IMG/VR virus record: IMGVR_UViG_3300045012_000066
Location: 58,464 to 122,463 of that record
Length of the DNA: 64,000 nt
Strand: one strand, 5' to 3'
From: a virus
This document shows positions 1 through 8,501 of the stretch, one piece after another. A program made the position numbers and the translations under genes. Each line of letters starts with the position of its first letter. Position 1 is the first letter of the stretch. The notes beneath the pieces are model-generated. The model did no database searches. It was given only the letters and a program-made list of their open reading frames with translations, and was not told the DNA's origin.

Positions 1-291
1 GATGATGTCAAGGTTCGCTGCGCCATGCCCTCCAAGGTGCTCGTAGCTGTCGCAGTCATATGCATTGGTGCCGGGGTCGCAAGGGAACAGGGCGAAGACA
101 TCGCCACCCTCGGACTTCGGCCACTTGCGGAAGATGACTTGCGTCTTGCACAGCGCGAACCATAGGCCAGTGGGGCCGATGACTACGGTGTGGTTGTGCT
201 CGTCCTGAAGGCACTCTTCGCAGTAGTTAAACTCAAACGTTTTCCGCAAGAACTCTTTTGCGGAGATGCCGCTCGCGTCTTTGATTTCCAT
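1..291 (-). CDS. Conserved phage hypothetical protein, partial (runs off window start)
   Basis: Manual translation from ATG at 291 with GGAGGGGA SD: MEIKDASG...VIFRKWPKSEGGDVFALFPCDPGTNAYDCDSYEHLGGHG; open to base 1; not in the ORF track. Confidence 0.7.
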   Translation of the reverse strand, partial: MEIKDASGISAKEFLRKTFEFNYCEECLQDEHNHTVVIGPTGLWFALCKTQVIFRKWPKSEGGDVFALFPCDPGTNAYDCDSYEHLGGHGAANLDII

Positions 292-326
292 TTCCCCTCC
301 CGGAAACGTGTTTGTGTGAACTAGGT

Positions 327-638
327 TGGGACATGCCGGAATCGAACCGGGATGTTACTAGCACCATGAGTACCTCCAACGGGGCCGCTTACCTAACCAG
401 CTTGACCTAGTAAGCCCACTGGCAATTCGGCGGGTTCCCGCAGTACACATGCCCCATAAAAAGCTTGCGCTTTCGGATGCCCATCGATGATTCCTGCGAC
501 TGCGCTTGTCCGCAGGACAATCAAGATACTCGCGGCTGCGTCCAGCCGCACTAGATTTCCACCCAGCCCCGCTACACCCGGTAGGGTGCTGTTTCACGAG
601 GGTAGTACCTGACGGGCATCCGAAAGAGCAATGCTCTT
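327..638 (-). ncRNA. Candidate structured ncRNA ending in a tRNA-like module (455->327)
   Basis: GGGGCATG/CATGTCCC 8-bp acceptor-like stem, CCGG-TTCGATT-CCGG T-arm, TTACTAG/CTAGTAA helix; upstream 15-bp helix (611-625 with 471-485) enclosing hairpins; promoter directly upstream. Confidence 0.45.
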
Positions 639-643
639 CCTTG

Positions 644-672
644 AAGATACTTACTCGGTACTACGGTGTCAA
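644..672 (-). promoter_or_regulatory. Sigma70-type promoter
   Basis: TTGACA (672-667), 17-nt spacer, TATCTT (649-644) on minus strand. Confidence 0.6.
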
Positions 673-1037
673 GCAGTACCGGGTAATTTAAATTTACGTC
701 CCTCGGCCTCCTCAATGGCCTCGACGGGCAGGGGAACCTCGATCCATCCAACCGGGGCGCACGCATAGGCCGTCTTGCTGTTGAGGACAATCACGTCGCC
801 AACGCTCATGCTGCGGTTGCGGTAGTCGGCAGGGTGACCGATGTTGAATGTCTCAAACAGTCGATTGCAAGCGTCGCGCTCCTCAAAGCGTTCGCGGCCT
901 TCCTGCGTCTCGCGCATATGCGCTGCCAGTTCGCTGTCAGGCTCGACCTCGCCAGCATACGCAAGCTCCAGCGTGTCGCCCTCCCGGTAGCCGCTGAAAA
1001 AGTCTGTCTGCGTGTTCACGAAGAACAGGTACTTCAT
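669..1037 (-). CDS. YodL-like domain protein
   Basis: FNIGHPADYRNRSMSVGDVIVL resembles the YodL-family motif; start moved to ATG 1037 by GGGAGAG SD. Confidence 0.6.
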   Translation of the reverse strand: MKYLFFVNTQTDFFSGYREGDTLELAYAGEVEPDSELAAHMRETQEGRERFEERDACNRLFETFNIGHPADYRNRSMSVGDVIVLNSKTAYACAPVGWIEVPLPVEAIEEAEGRKFKLPGTA

Positions 1038-1097
1038 TTCGATCTCTCCCATGTAAACCAGTTTCAGTGTGGCGGGGGAGACTCGCTCCCCCGTGTT

Positions 1098-1424
1098 TTA
1101 GCTTCGACTCAGGTAGGGAATGCCGGGGCCTTCAAAGAACACCTCGCCAGCCTTACCATCGTCCGTGCTTGTGAATGACCAGTGCGGCAGCGGCAGAAAG
1201 ACCTTGAACCGCGATACCAGTAACTTAGTCTTGCTGGCCTCGCTTGTCGCTCGCGTGAGGCTTTCTTCAAAGCGTCGCCACTCATCCTCGGGCAGCGTGT
1301 CGCGCAGCGCTGCAATGGCCTGTTCCAGTGCTTTCGGGTCGCGCTGCCGCAAGTGTTCGCGGATGTGCGGCGTAAGCACCAGAACGAGAAGTGCGTTGAT
1401 CGTTTTCCGTTGGCTGTTTTCCAA
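1098..1424 (-). CDS. Hypothetical phage protein
   Basis: ORF track 1098..1460; TTG at 1424 follows TTTACAGGAGAG; LTPHIREHLRQRDPKALEQ segment. Confidence 0.6.
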   Translation of the reverse strand: MENSQRKTINALLVLVLTPHIREHLRQRDPKALEQAIAALRDTLPEDEWRRFEESLTRATSEASKTKLLVSRFKVFLPLPHWSFTSTDDGKAGEVFFEGPGIPYLSRS

Positions 1425-1460
1425 TAAGCTCTCCTGTAAACCGGTTTTCGTATCAGGCAA

Positions 1461-1502
1461 TGCGCCTGTTCAAAGCCTCCAGCGAAGCCTTGAATAGGCG
1501 CA
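1461..1502. other. Intergenic inverted repeat (13-bp stem)
   Basis: TGCGCCTGTTCAA ... TTGAATAGGCGCA, one G-U pair. Confidence 0.4.
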
Positions 1503-1523
1503 CGGGCCGTAGCCCATGCGGGT

Positions 1524-1703
1524 TTAGTGTGTGTGCGGCTTCGATTGCAGGGCGTGCCACGGCGTCATGGCATCCAGCTTTTCCATCAGCGTGCCACCGT
1601 GTACTTGCCAGTACAGGTTCGCGTCCTCGTAGTTGGTGAAGGCTCGCCCGTTGACGCGGTACTTTCGCTCGTCCTCTCGGGGTTGCTGTGCGGGTGTCGC
1701 CAT
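1524..1703 (-). CDS. Small hypothetical protein (59 aa)
   Basis: Manual: MATPAQQPREDERKYRVNGRAFTNYEDANLYWQVHGG...; preceded by TTTACAGGAGA. Confidence 0.65.
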   Translation of the reverse strand: MATPAQQPREDERKYRVNGRAFTNYEDANLYWQVHGGTLMEKLDAMTPWHALQSKPHTH

Positions 1704-1751
1704 TTCAATCTCTCCTGTAAACCTGTTTTCCTGTGTACTTGCGCGATATTC

Positions 1752-2075
1752 TCATCGAACCTCTGGGAACTGCATCCCGGCCTTGTTGCCGTGCTTGGTG
1801 TAGAACGCTTTGATAGGTGCCAGCGTCTTCTTCAGGTCTGCATCTGTCGGCTCGGGCAGTCGTGGATATGCGCCCATGCCCGCGAACATATGACCGTGCA
1901 GGATAGTCATCAGCTTGTCGGCTGCTTTCGTCGGAAGCTTCCAGTAGGCCCAGCCATCGCTGTGCTCGTTGACTTCATTCTTGAACGCGTCCAGAAACCT
2001 TGCGTACTTGCCCAGCACAGGATGCGACTTGAACCTCTCCGCTGCCTCCTCAACTTCCCACTGATTCATCCACAT
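1752..2075 (-). CDS. Conserved phage hypothetical protein
   Basis: CCGGGAGG SD; VNEHSDGWAYWKLPTKAA motif recalled from phage proteins. Confidence 0.75.
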   Translation of the reverse strand: MWMNQWEVEEAAERFKSHPVLGKYARFLDAFKNEVNEHSDGWAYWKLPTKAADKLMTILHGHMFAGMGAYPRLPEPTDADLKKTLAPIKAFYTKHGNKAGMQFPEVR

Positions 2076-2106
2076 AATTTTTTCCTCCCGGTTTGTGTAA
2101 GTTGGT

Positions 2107-2739
2107 TTATCTGTAGGCGCTGCGTCGTTCAGCGCGTCTCTTTGCTTCCTGATTGGCTCGCTCTACCTCCGCGTAATCAAATACGGGGTCAAGCAGTATC
2201 AGCGTCTCGCCATCCACGGCTAAGTTACGCTTGGATATCTCGATCAGATACTCGCCGTAGGAGCATGCCCAGTTCACCAGTGCGCGAACGTCATCGCGGA
2301 TACTCTGCGGCAGTTCGTCGTCCTCTTCGACCAGTGAAGCAAAGTCCTCATTGACTCGCTGCACGTTCAGCCTTTCGTTGTATTTCGGCTGCGCCTCTCT
2401 CAATGCTTGCTCAGCGTAGCGCTGGAGCACCTTGAAAAGGTTCCATGCTGGCCTGTTGCTGGCCGTCAGCGGCTCATAGAACTGTGTGCGATACAGAGTC
2501 TCCTCGGCAGTGAACTGCCCGCACTGTTCCAGCTTGGGGATGTGTACGCCGTCAAGGTGACTGAGTAGTTCTTTGCTGTTGTCTCTGTCGCTCACTTGGA
2601 GATAGACGACGGCAGGATTGGAGACGCTGCGCCATGCAATCGTATAGCGACCCTTGCCCAGCTTCTCCACCTCTGCGGCTGCACCTGTGTCCAGCGTCAG
2701 CATGGCGCGACGCGGCAAACTTTTTAAAGTGACTGTCAC
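2107..2739 (-). CDS. Protein-kinase-like fold protein (atypical)
   Basis: LGKGRYTIAW (Gly loop), EISKRNL (catalytic-loop-like), LILLDP; GTG 2739 after GGGAGG. Confidence 0.55.
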   Translation of the reverse strand: MTVTLKSLPRRAMLTLDTGAAAEVEKLGKGRYTIAWRSVSNPAVVYLQVSDRDNSKELLSHLDGVHIPKLEQCGQFTAEETLYRTQFYEPLTASNRPAWNLFKVLQRYAEQALREAQPKYNERLNVQRVNEDFASLVEEDDELPQSIRDDVRALVNWACSYGEYLIEISKRNLAVDGETLILLDPVFDYAEVERANQEAKRRAERRSAYR

Positions 2740-2791
2740 ATTTACCCTCCCGGTAAAGATGTTCTGGTGTGATTGCGTTCTAACCTCGCCG

Positions 2792-3247
2792 TTACTGGCG
2801 GATTGCCGTAACGATGCCGTTCTCAAGAGCGCAGTCTATTTTGCCTAGACGGATGGCTTCGGCTTCGCTGTCCGCGTTCACGGTGACCTCAAAGCGAAAC
2901 GTCCATGTCGGTTTTAACGGATCGTTTATCAGCGTCGCTAAGTCTGGCTTCGGCTTTGCCTCGGCCTCGTCGATCACTGCGATAGCTCGGACAAGCAAGT
3001 CATGCGGACTATTGGCATCGCGTGGTGATGTGTGCTCACGCGCCCAGTCTGTCAGCGCTCGCAGTGCCTCCAGTAATTCAGCGTTGACTGGTGATGGTGT
3101 CGGGAACTCGCCCTCGACTACGATAGGCTCGCGGCTTGGCGCGATGCCAGACTCGTACACCAGCGCCTCCAGTCGAGTATCAAACTGGCGACTCGTCGCC
3201 AGCACATAGGAACCGCTCTCATCGCGGCAGACGACAAAGTGCTTCAT
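2792..3247 (-). CDS. Hypothetical protein
   Basis: 151-aa ORF preceded by TTTACAGGAGAG. Confidence 0.65.
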   Translation of the reverse strand: MKHFVVCRDESGSYVLATSRQFDTRLEALVYESGIAPSREPIVVEGEFPTPSPVNAELLEALRALTDWAREHTSPRDANSPHDLLVRAIAVIDEAEAKPKPDLATLINDPLKPTWTFRFEVTVNADSEAEAIRLGKIDCALENGIVTAIRQ

Positions 3248-3286
3248 GGTTTTCTCTCCTGTAAATCAGTTGTGGTGTGATGCGGC

Positions 3287-3928
3287 TCATGCCGTGCGGT
3301 TGATAATCTCCTCGGCTTGCTCCCACGTCAGCGGCTGCGTCTCGTCCGAGTATGTCGGCTCGTCGTTGTTAAGTGTGGCCGTTGGATTGAACAGAGTCCC
3401 GTGTGCGGTATGCTTCTCAACGTTAAACGTGATACGTGCAAAGCCTTCCGACCTGTACTTGACAGGTTCAAAGTCGCGGTAATCCTCGTATGTCTGGAGT
3501 AAATACCACTGGTTGCCAGTCAGCTTCGGCTCGCGCTGTGCTGGCAGGTTGCCCTCGTTGCGTGTCGTGGCTGTTGCCGTATCCGTCCACGGACGCGATA
3601 CGTTCGCGGCTGTATTAATCGCGCTCTCGTGCTGCCACGAAGTAAGCACAGCATCCGGTGTGTACGTCTCCGTATACCTGTGCTTGAAACTCCCGCGCAG
3701 AATGGACCCAGCGGGGATAATGGCCGCGCCTTTCAGTTCCAGCGCGATAGAGCGCAGCGCGTTGTCGGCGGACTCGGCACGCGCTCGCTTTTCCTTCTCG
3801 GCTCGCGTGAGTCTCGACTTGCGGTCTAGGATTTTAACTTCTGTGCTTCGCCGCAAAGCTTCCATGTCGATGTATTCGGCCACTTCTTTCAGTAGCTCCT
3901 GCGGTGTCAGTGATTCAAATGCAAGCAT
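3287..3928 (-). CDS. Hypothetical protein
   Basis: 213-aa ORF with variant ACAGGAGAG SD, operon context. Confidence 0.65.
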   Translation of the reverse strand: MLAFESLTPQELLKEVAEYIDMEALRRSTEVKILDRKSRLTRAEKEKRARAESADNALRSIALELKGAAIIPAGSILRGSFKHRYTETYTPDAVLTSWQHESAINTAANVSRPWTDTATATTRNEGNLPAQREPKLTGNQWYLLQTYEDYRDFEPVKYRSEGFARITFNVEKHTAHGTLFNPTATLNNDEPTYSDETQPLTWEQAEEIINRTA

Positions 3929-3965
3929 GTTCTCTCCTGTGTAAACGTGTTTAGGTGTGATGGGC

Positions 3966-4226
3966 TTACTTCGATTGCAAGCTGGCGTTTATCGCCGTCG
4001 CTCCTGCCGGTTGCCGTGCGAGTATGTCTGCCGCTTCCTTGGCCGGGATCGTCACGCGTCCAAGCTCTACCCATTGCTCGCCGCTGCCAACAACTGGAAC
4101 GATCAGCAAGCGCGGCTTGCCCCATGCGTTCTTTACGTCCTTTACCCAGCATTCAACGGTCAGGGACTCAAAGCGGACTAGGACGTGTGCGCCCAGCGCG
4201 GGGATCATCTCTCTTGCTGTTGTCAT
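3966..4226 (-). CDS. Small SH3-like beta-barrel phage protein
   Basis: VKDVKNAWGKPRLLIVPVVGSGEQWV; TTTACAGGAGA SD. Confidence 0.65.
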   Translation of the reverse strand: MTTAREMIPALGAHVLVRFESLTVECWVKDVKNAWGKPRLLIVPVVGSGEQWVELGRVTIPAKEAADILARQPAGATAINASLQSK

Positions 4227-4291
4227 TGACTCTTCTCCTGTAAATTGCTTTGTGTGTGAAGGGCCGGACCCTTGCGGGTCCAGCCTGTTGA

Positions 4292-5647
4292 TTACCAGCC
4301 TACGTACACCGTCTCGCCAAAGGGTGCCTCGCGTTCCAGCGTGGCCAGCCAGAGCACCGGGACTTGCGGTTCAACCTGCGGGAAGATGCCCAGCAAGTCA
4401 GTGATGAAGATCGTGCAGACCGGTTGATTCTCGTCTGCGTCGATTGCCTCAAGCACGGGCCGGAAGTCTGTTCCCCATCCGCCCTTCGGCTCCCACACCA
4501 GCGTGTCGCCACGCTCAAGTCGTTGTACGTGGCAGACCTTCTCGTCTGCGAAGTACAGGGTGACTCCAGCGGGTTCGACCTCGTCCAGCACCTCCTGTAC
4601 GATTGCTGCCGCCTTGCCTAGCGCCACTTGATCGATTGATCCAGAGGTATCGATGGCGATGGCCACCTCGCCCATCTCCTTGCTGTGCCGCTTCGGGAAG
4701 AAGTAACCGCTGCCCGCGTAGCGGGGGTTGGGCCTCTGCCAGTCGTAGGACGCTGCGTTGCTCTCTTGCATGAAGCGCAGGACTAAGCTGTACACGTCCA
4801 CGCGTGGTTGCAAGGTCTGCTCGAATGCTCGCGTGAGTGCTTCGCCCGTCTCCAGCCCTTGGCCTTTGGCCAGTGCTGAAGTCTGCGCGACGCGCTCTTT
4901 CCACTCGTCCTCTGAGGGTGGGCCGTCGCCTTCGGCGTCACTGTCAAGCGGTGCATCGCGGCACTCACCCAACTCGTCGCCTTCCTCGTCGCCTTCCTCG
5001 TCGCCTTCGCCCTGACCTTCGCCCTCGCCTTCGCCGTCCTCGTCGCCAGACTCCCCGTCGCCCTCGTCCTCGTCTCCCTCTCCGTCCTCGTCACCTTCTG
5101 GCTCGGACTCGTCGTCGCCGTCCTCGTTCTCGCCGTCCTCTTCGCCCTCTTCCTCGCCAGACTCACCCTTGCCCGGTTCAGGCTTGGGCTTGTCTTGCGG
5201 TTCGTCGAATGGCATGTGGTCGTATATCCACTCCGCTGATTGGCCTTGCTCGTCGCCTTCGGCGTAGTATGCGCCGTCCGGCAACTCGAAACCGAATCCG
5301 CGAAGCAGGGTATTGATTGCCTTGTCGCAAGCAATATTCCAGCGTCGCATATCGCGATTGCCACGCCGCCACGGATGCCCCAGCGCGACGTGCAGGACTT
5401 CGTGGGCTACCAGCGCAATCAACCGCTTCGGAGTCAGGCTTAGGACGAAGTGGGGGTTGAACCCCAGACTCCGCCCGTCTACCCATGCCGTTTTGCAGCG
5501 CGGGTCTGCCAGCAGCTTCAGCCCCATCGCCAGTGCTCCAAGTTGGAACTGGTCGAGTACCAGCGTCTGGCGTGCCTTCTCAAACCGCGTGACGGCTTGG
5601 CCAATGGCCGCGTCCATCGCGGCCTGTGCCTCTACTCGTGCGCTCAT
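4292..5647 (-). CDS. VWA-like domain protein with N-terminal HExxH putative metallopeptidase (DUF2201-type)
   Basis: AHEVLHVALGH; acidic linker; AIDTSGSI MIDAS, GGWGTDF and FITDL motifs. Confidence 0.9.
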   Translation of the reverse strand: MSARVEAQAAMDAAIGQAVTRFEKARQTLVLDQFQLGALAMGLKLLADPRCKTAWVDGRSLGFNPHFVLSLTPKRLIALVAHEVLHVALGHPWRRGNRDMRRWNIACDKAINTLLRGFGFELPDGAYYAEGDEQGQSAEWIYDHMPFDEPQDKPKPEPGKGESGEEEGEEDGENEDGDDESEPEGDEDGEGDEDEGDGESGDEDGEGEGEGQGEGDEEGDEEGDELGECRDAPLDSDAEGDGPPSEDEWKERVAQTSALAKGQGLETGEALTRAFEQTLQPRVDVYSLVLRFMQESNAASYDWQRPNPRYAGSGYFFPKRHSKEMGEVAIAIDTSGSIDQVALGKAAAIVQEVLDEVEPAGVTLYFADEKVCHVQRLERGDTLVWEPKGGWGTDFRPVLEAIDADENQPVCTIFITDLLGIFPQVEPQVPVLWLATLEREAPFGETVYVGW

Positions 5648-6576
5648 TTCAGCGTGTCCTTTCCAAATGCATTGAGCATGTCGTCCATAATGCTCTGTGC
5701 TCTCGCGGCAGTTTCCAGCCGCACGTTTACGTTTTCGCGGAGCGTGTCCGGCTCGCTCATGGCAAGTAGCTCGGTCTCGCGCCGGTACTTCTCCAGTGAC
5801 GCGTCGTCGGTCACGTTCAGGCGGGTGAGAATGTCGCAGATTTCGCGGGCATTCGTTATCAGAGTGTCCTCGAAACGCTTGTACCCGGACTTCGTGTTCC
5901 CCGCCTTGCCCCCCAACGTTTCCTTGATGCGGTCAAGGCATTTGTACAGCTTCTTGGCCGCTTCGCCCGTGACCTGCTGCGCCATGTCGCGCATATCAGC
6001 TTCTGCGGACTCGCGCAGGACTGCTAGTTCAGCCTCGCCCAGCGTGACGCGGAAGTCAGCGCTCGGCACGGGACGCGGAGTCACTTGCATATCGAAGCGT
6101 GCCAAGGCATCGTCTACATTCGGCCAGACTGCGTCCTTTGCCAGCCCATTAAGCTGAACCTTTGCGCATGTGACCAACTCGCGCCAGTCAAGCTCCAGAT
6201 TGCGCCGCAAGCGGTCGTACTCAGCCTTGAACGTGCGCCATTGATCCATGTACGGCTCATAGTTGAGCATGGGCAGGATGTGCCACCCGTCGCGGTTCCA
6301 CGGCAGGGTGTTTTTGTAGTGCCACTGGCGCACGGCGGACAGGTGCGATACCAGCGCGTGGTATGCGTTTTGCTCCTCGCCCGCTTCGCGCTGCCGCTCG
6401 GTGTATGCCGTCTCAGGCATCAGTCGCTGAGTAAACTTGCCGGAGCCTTTGGCCGCGCCGTGCTTCTCAATCACAGCTTTGGACTCTGCCTTGTTCTCCA
6501 TTGAGTCATTCCAGACCGGCAAGCTAGGATGCACGAGGATGGCTCGCTCGTGCAGGTTCATTATCTGCGTCATCAT
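5644..6576 (-). CDS. Conserved protein between AAA ATPase and VWA genes (DUF3150-like)
   Basis: YKNTLPWNRDGWHILP motif; 4-bp overlap with VWA gene; position in the trio. Confidence 0.7.
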   Translation of the reverse strand: MMTQIMNLHERAILVHPSLPVWNDSMENKAESKAVIEKHGAAKGSGKFTQRLMPETAYTERQREAGEEQNAYHALVSHLSAVRQWHYKNTLPWNRDGWHILPMLNYEPYMDQWRTFKAEYDRLRRNLELDWRELVTCAKVQLNGLAKDAVWPNVDDALARFDMQVTPRPVPSADFRVTLGEAELAVLRESAEADMRDMAQQVTGEAAKKLYKCLDRIKETLGGKAGNTKSGYKRFEDTLITNAREICDILTRLNVTDDASLEKYRRETELLAMSEPDTLRENVNVRLETAARAQSIMDDMLNAFGKDTLK

Positions 6577-6644
6577 GATGTGTGGTTACCCCTTCCCGGT
6601 AACTGCTTTTGGTGAGTGGCGCGGTTCCCATGCCGCGCCGATTT

Positions 6645-7691
6645 TTAATTTTGCCCCGCCAGAATATCGGCGTACTTGCCTTGCTGCATACGGATGTATG
6701 CGTCCGTTAGGACGACTTCAGGATGCAGCTTCACAGAGGTCCGCATGATGAGGGTGGAAACCTCGCCGTGCTTCGAGTCGAAAAGCCTCTCCGTGTACGT
6801 TGCGACGGCGGGAAAATTGGTGCGTTTGGCCACGCGTGCAAGCGTGACGGCTACGGCATACAGTTCACCGGGTGACTTCGGCAAGGCTGCCGTGCGGGGA
6901 TTCTTGAGGATATCGGCCACGTCTACCAGCGAACGATGCGCCAGCTTGAATTGCCGGTACATCTGGCCAAACGTTGCGCCCACTGCGCCCTCGATAGAGA
7001 TGCGCTCGGTCTCAGCGCTCATGCCCCATGAGTCGATATGCGAGACATGCTCCCATGTACGGGCGCAAGGACTATTGGTCAGGTCCGCAGTGGGTGTAAA
7101 GACGTGGAACGCGTCCGGGTTCAACTTCAGGAAGGCAATCAACATAGGGCTGATGCCATGCGGCAGCGCGAAGTTTTCCAGCCAGTAGTCGAGGTCAGGA
7201 ATCAGTTTCACGATAGTGACCATGCGCGACTTGACCGTTTCCAGCATGCCGCGCACGCCCGCCTTGTGCTGCCGCTCATTCGTGGCTGCAATGAGCGAGA
7301 CGCACTGCGGCAGCTTGTTATTGTGAAAAAGGTGCATGGTGGCCTTCTGCACATCCTCATTGCCTTGCGCCAAGTCGTCGAAGAACCATCCTGTATTCCT
7401 CGTCGCGGCCAGTGCCAGAGCGTGCTCGCCTATCGGCAGGAACGCGCCGCCATTGATCGGAGGCATGCCGCGCAGGTCAGGCGGTTCAATGGTTGCCGGG
7501 TACGTGGTGAGTGAGTCCCACTTCAAAAGATCGGTCAGAACGTGGTTCACGATTGCGGTCTTGCCAATGCCGGGGTCGCCCGCAATGCATACGGGTTGAC
7601 GCGCCGGGATAGCCTTCAAAAGTAGTTCAATCAGTTGCGCCGGTCCCATTGCCGGGACGGGTGTAGCGGTCTGCTGTGCGATTGCTGGCAT
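6645..7691 (-). CDS. MoxR-type AAA+ ATPase
   Basis: Walker A GDPGIGKT, Walker B WFFDD, sensor AATN, SRM arginine finger, CARTWE. Confidence 0.9.
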   Translation of the reverse strand: MPAIAQQTATPVPAMGPAQLIELLLKAIPARQPVCIAGDPGIGKTAIVNHVLTDLLKWDSLTTYPATIEPPDLRGMPPINGGAFLPIGEHALALAATRNTGWFFDDLAQGNEDVQKATMHLFHNNKLPQCVSLIAATNERQHKAGVRGMLETVKSRMVTIVKLIPDLDYWLENFALPHGISPMLIAFLKLNPDAFHVFTPTADLTNSPCARTWEHVSHIDSWGMSAETERISIEGAVGATFGQMYRQFKLAHRSLVDVADILKNPRTAALPKSPGELYAVAVTLARVAKRTNFPAVATYTERLFDSKHGEVSTLIMRTSVKLHPEVVLTDAYIRMQQGKYADILAGQN

Positions 7692-7775
7692 TTCATTCTC
7701 CTGTAAAGGTCTTTAGGTGCATATGCGCCTATCGCTTGCCTCGTATCTGAGGCAAGGCATAGAAGCATTTCAGGG

Positions 7776-7949
7776 TTACTTGATATAGGCATTCAGCCCG
7801 ACAATCACGGGCTTGCCGTCCACGGTTGCCGTGGTGGCGATATTCCCGCCGCTGGATGCGACGATCAGCGTCCTGCCGGTCTTGGACGGGGTTGGTTTCT
7901 GCAAAGGAATGCGGATGACTAACTCGTTTTTCTCGATTACAACTTTCAT
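7776..7949 (-). CDS. Small conserved phage protein (57 aa)
   Basis: MKVVIEKNELVIRIPLQKPTPSKTGRTLIVASSGGN...VGLNAY; ATG 7949 after TTTACAGGAGAG. Confidence 0.75.
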   Translation of the reverse strand: MKVVIEKNELVIRIPLQKPTPSKTGRTLIVASSGGNIATTATVDGKPVIVGLNAYIK

Positions 7950-7966
7950 TTTTTCTCTCCTGTAAA

Positions 7967-8485
7967 AGGCGAATGCGCCTATTTCAACCCTCATGCAAAG
8001 GACTGAAGTAGACACACGGTAGAGGCTAAAATCGAAGCTCTACCCGTGCCCTCTCTCCAAACTCTTATGTTTGGTTGCCCGTCTCACGTTCGCTTGCTTC
8101 GCTAGGTCTGAGGTACTTCGCCGGTCACCATCAAGCTTTCCTGTCCCTGAATCGTCGCGCCCGTCTCTATGGACTCCAGCGCTGCTGCTCGATTCAAAGC
8201 TGCTTGTCTATGCTGCCTCACGGCAGTAGATGACCCGTCCGTTTCGCTCTAACTCTCGTGGATCGGGATACGCGCCATTACAGCGCCTTTGGCCGGTGCA
8301 AACGTTGATTGCCGGTTTCAACTCATTCCGCCCGGTAACTCTGCTGACCCCTTTCTCGCCGCCCCTCGTTAGGGACTGAAAGCTCAAGGACTCCATTTCA
8401 GCTTCGGGCTATGTTGTCAAAGATTCGGTGGTCCATCTGCGCCACTAGCGCCCCCACCATGCCCGCCCCTTGGGGCGAACTCACT
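7967..8485 (-). ncRNA. Candidate long structured leader or ncRNA of the leftward operon
   Basis: No SD-supported ORF; hairpins GTTCGCCCC-AA-GGGGCGGGC, TGCC-GTGA-GGCA, CCAAAC/GTTTGG, CACGGGTAGAG/CTCTACCGTG. Confidence 0.3.
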
Positions 8486-8491
8486 AAAACA

Positions 8492-8501
8492 ACTATACAC
8501 A
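8492..8501 (-). promoter_or_regulatory. Extended -10 promoter candidate
   Basis: TGTGTATAGT (TGn + TATAGT); no canonical -35. Confidence 0.4.

Noticed and set aside
327-455. Canonical tRNA or tmRNA
   Set aside because: 129 nt with no 7-nt anticodon loop or normal D-arm; no tag reading frame and too short for tmRNA
8208-8396. 62-aa minus-strand ORF
   Set aside because: No SD and lacks the operon RBS motif; lies in a hairpin-rich leader
7967-8485. Group I/II intron or retroelement
   Set aside because: No domain V or P7-type consensus recognised and no RT or maturase ORF
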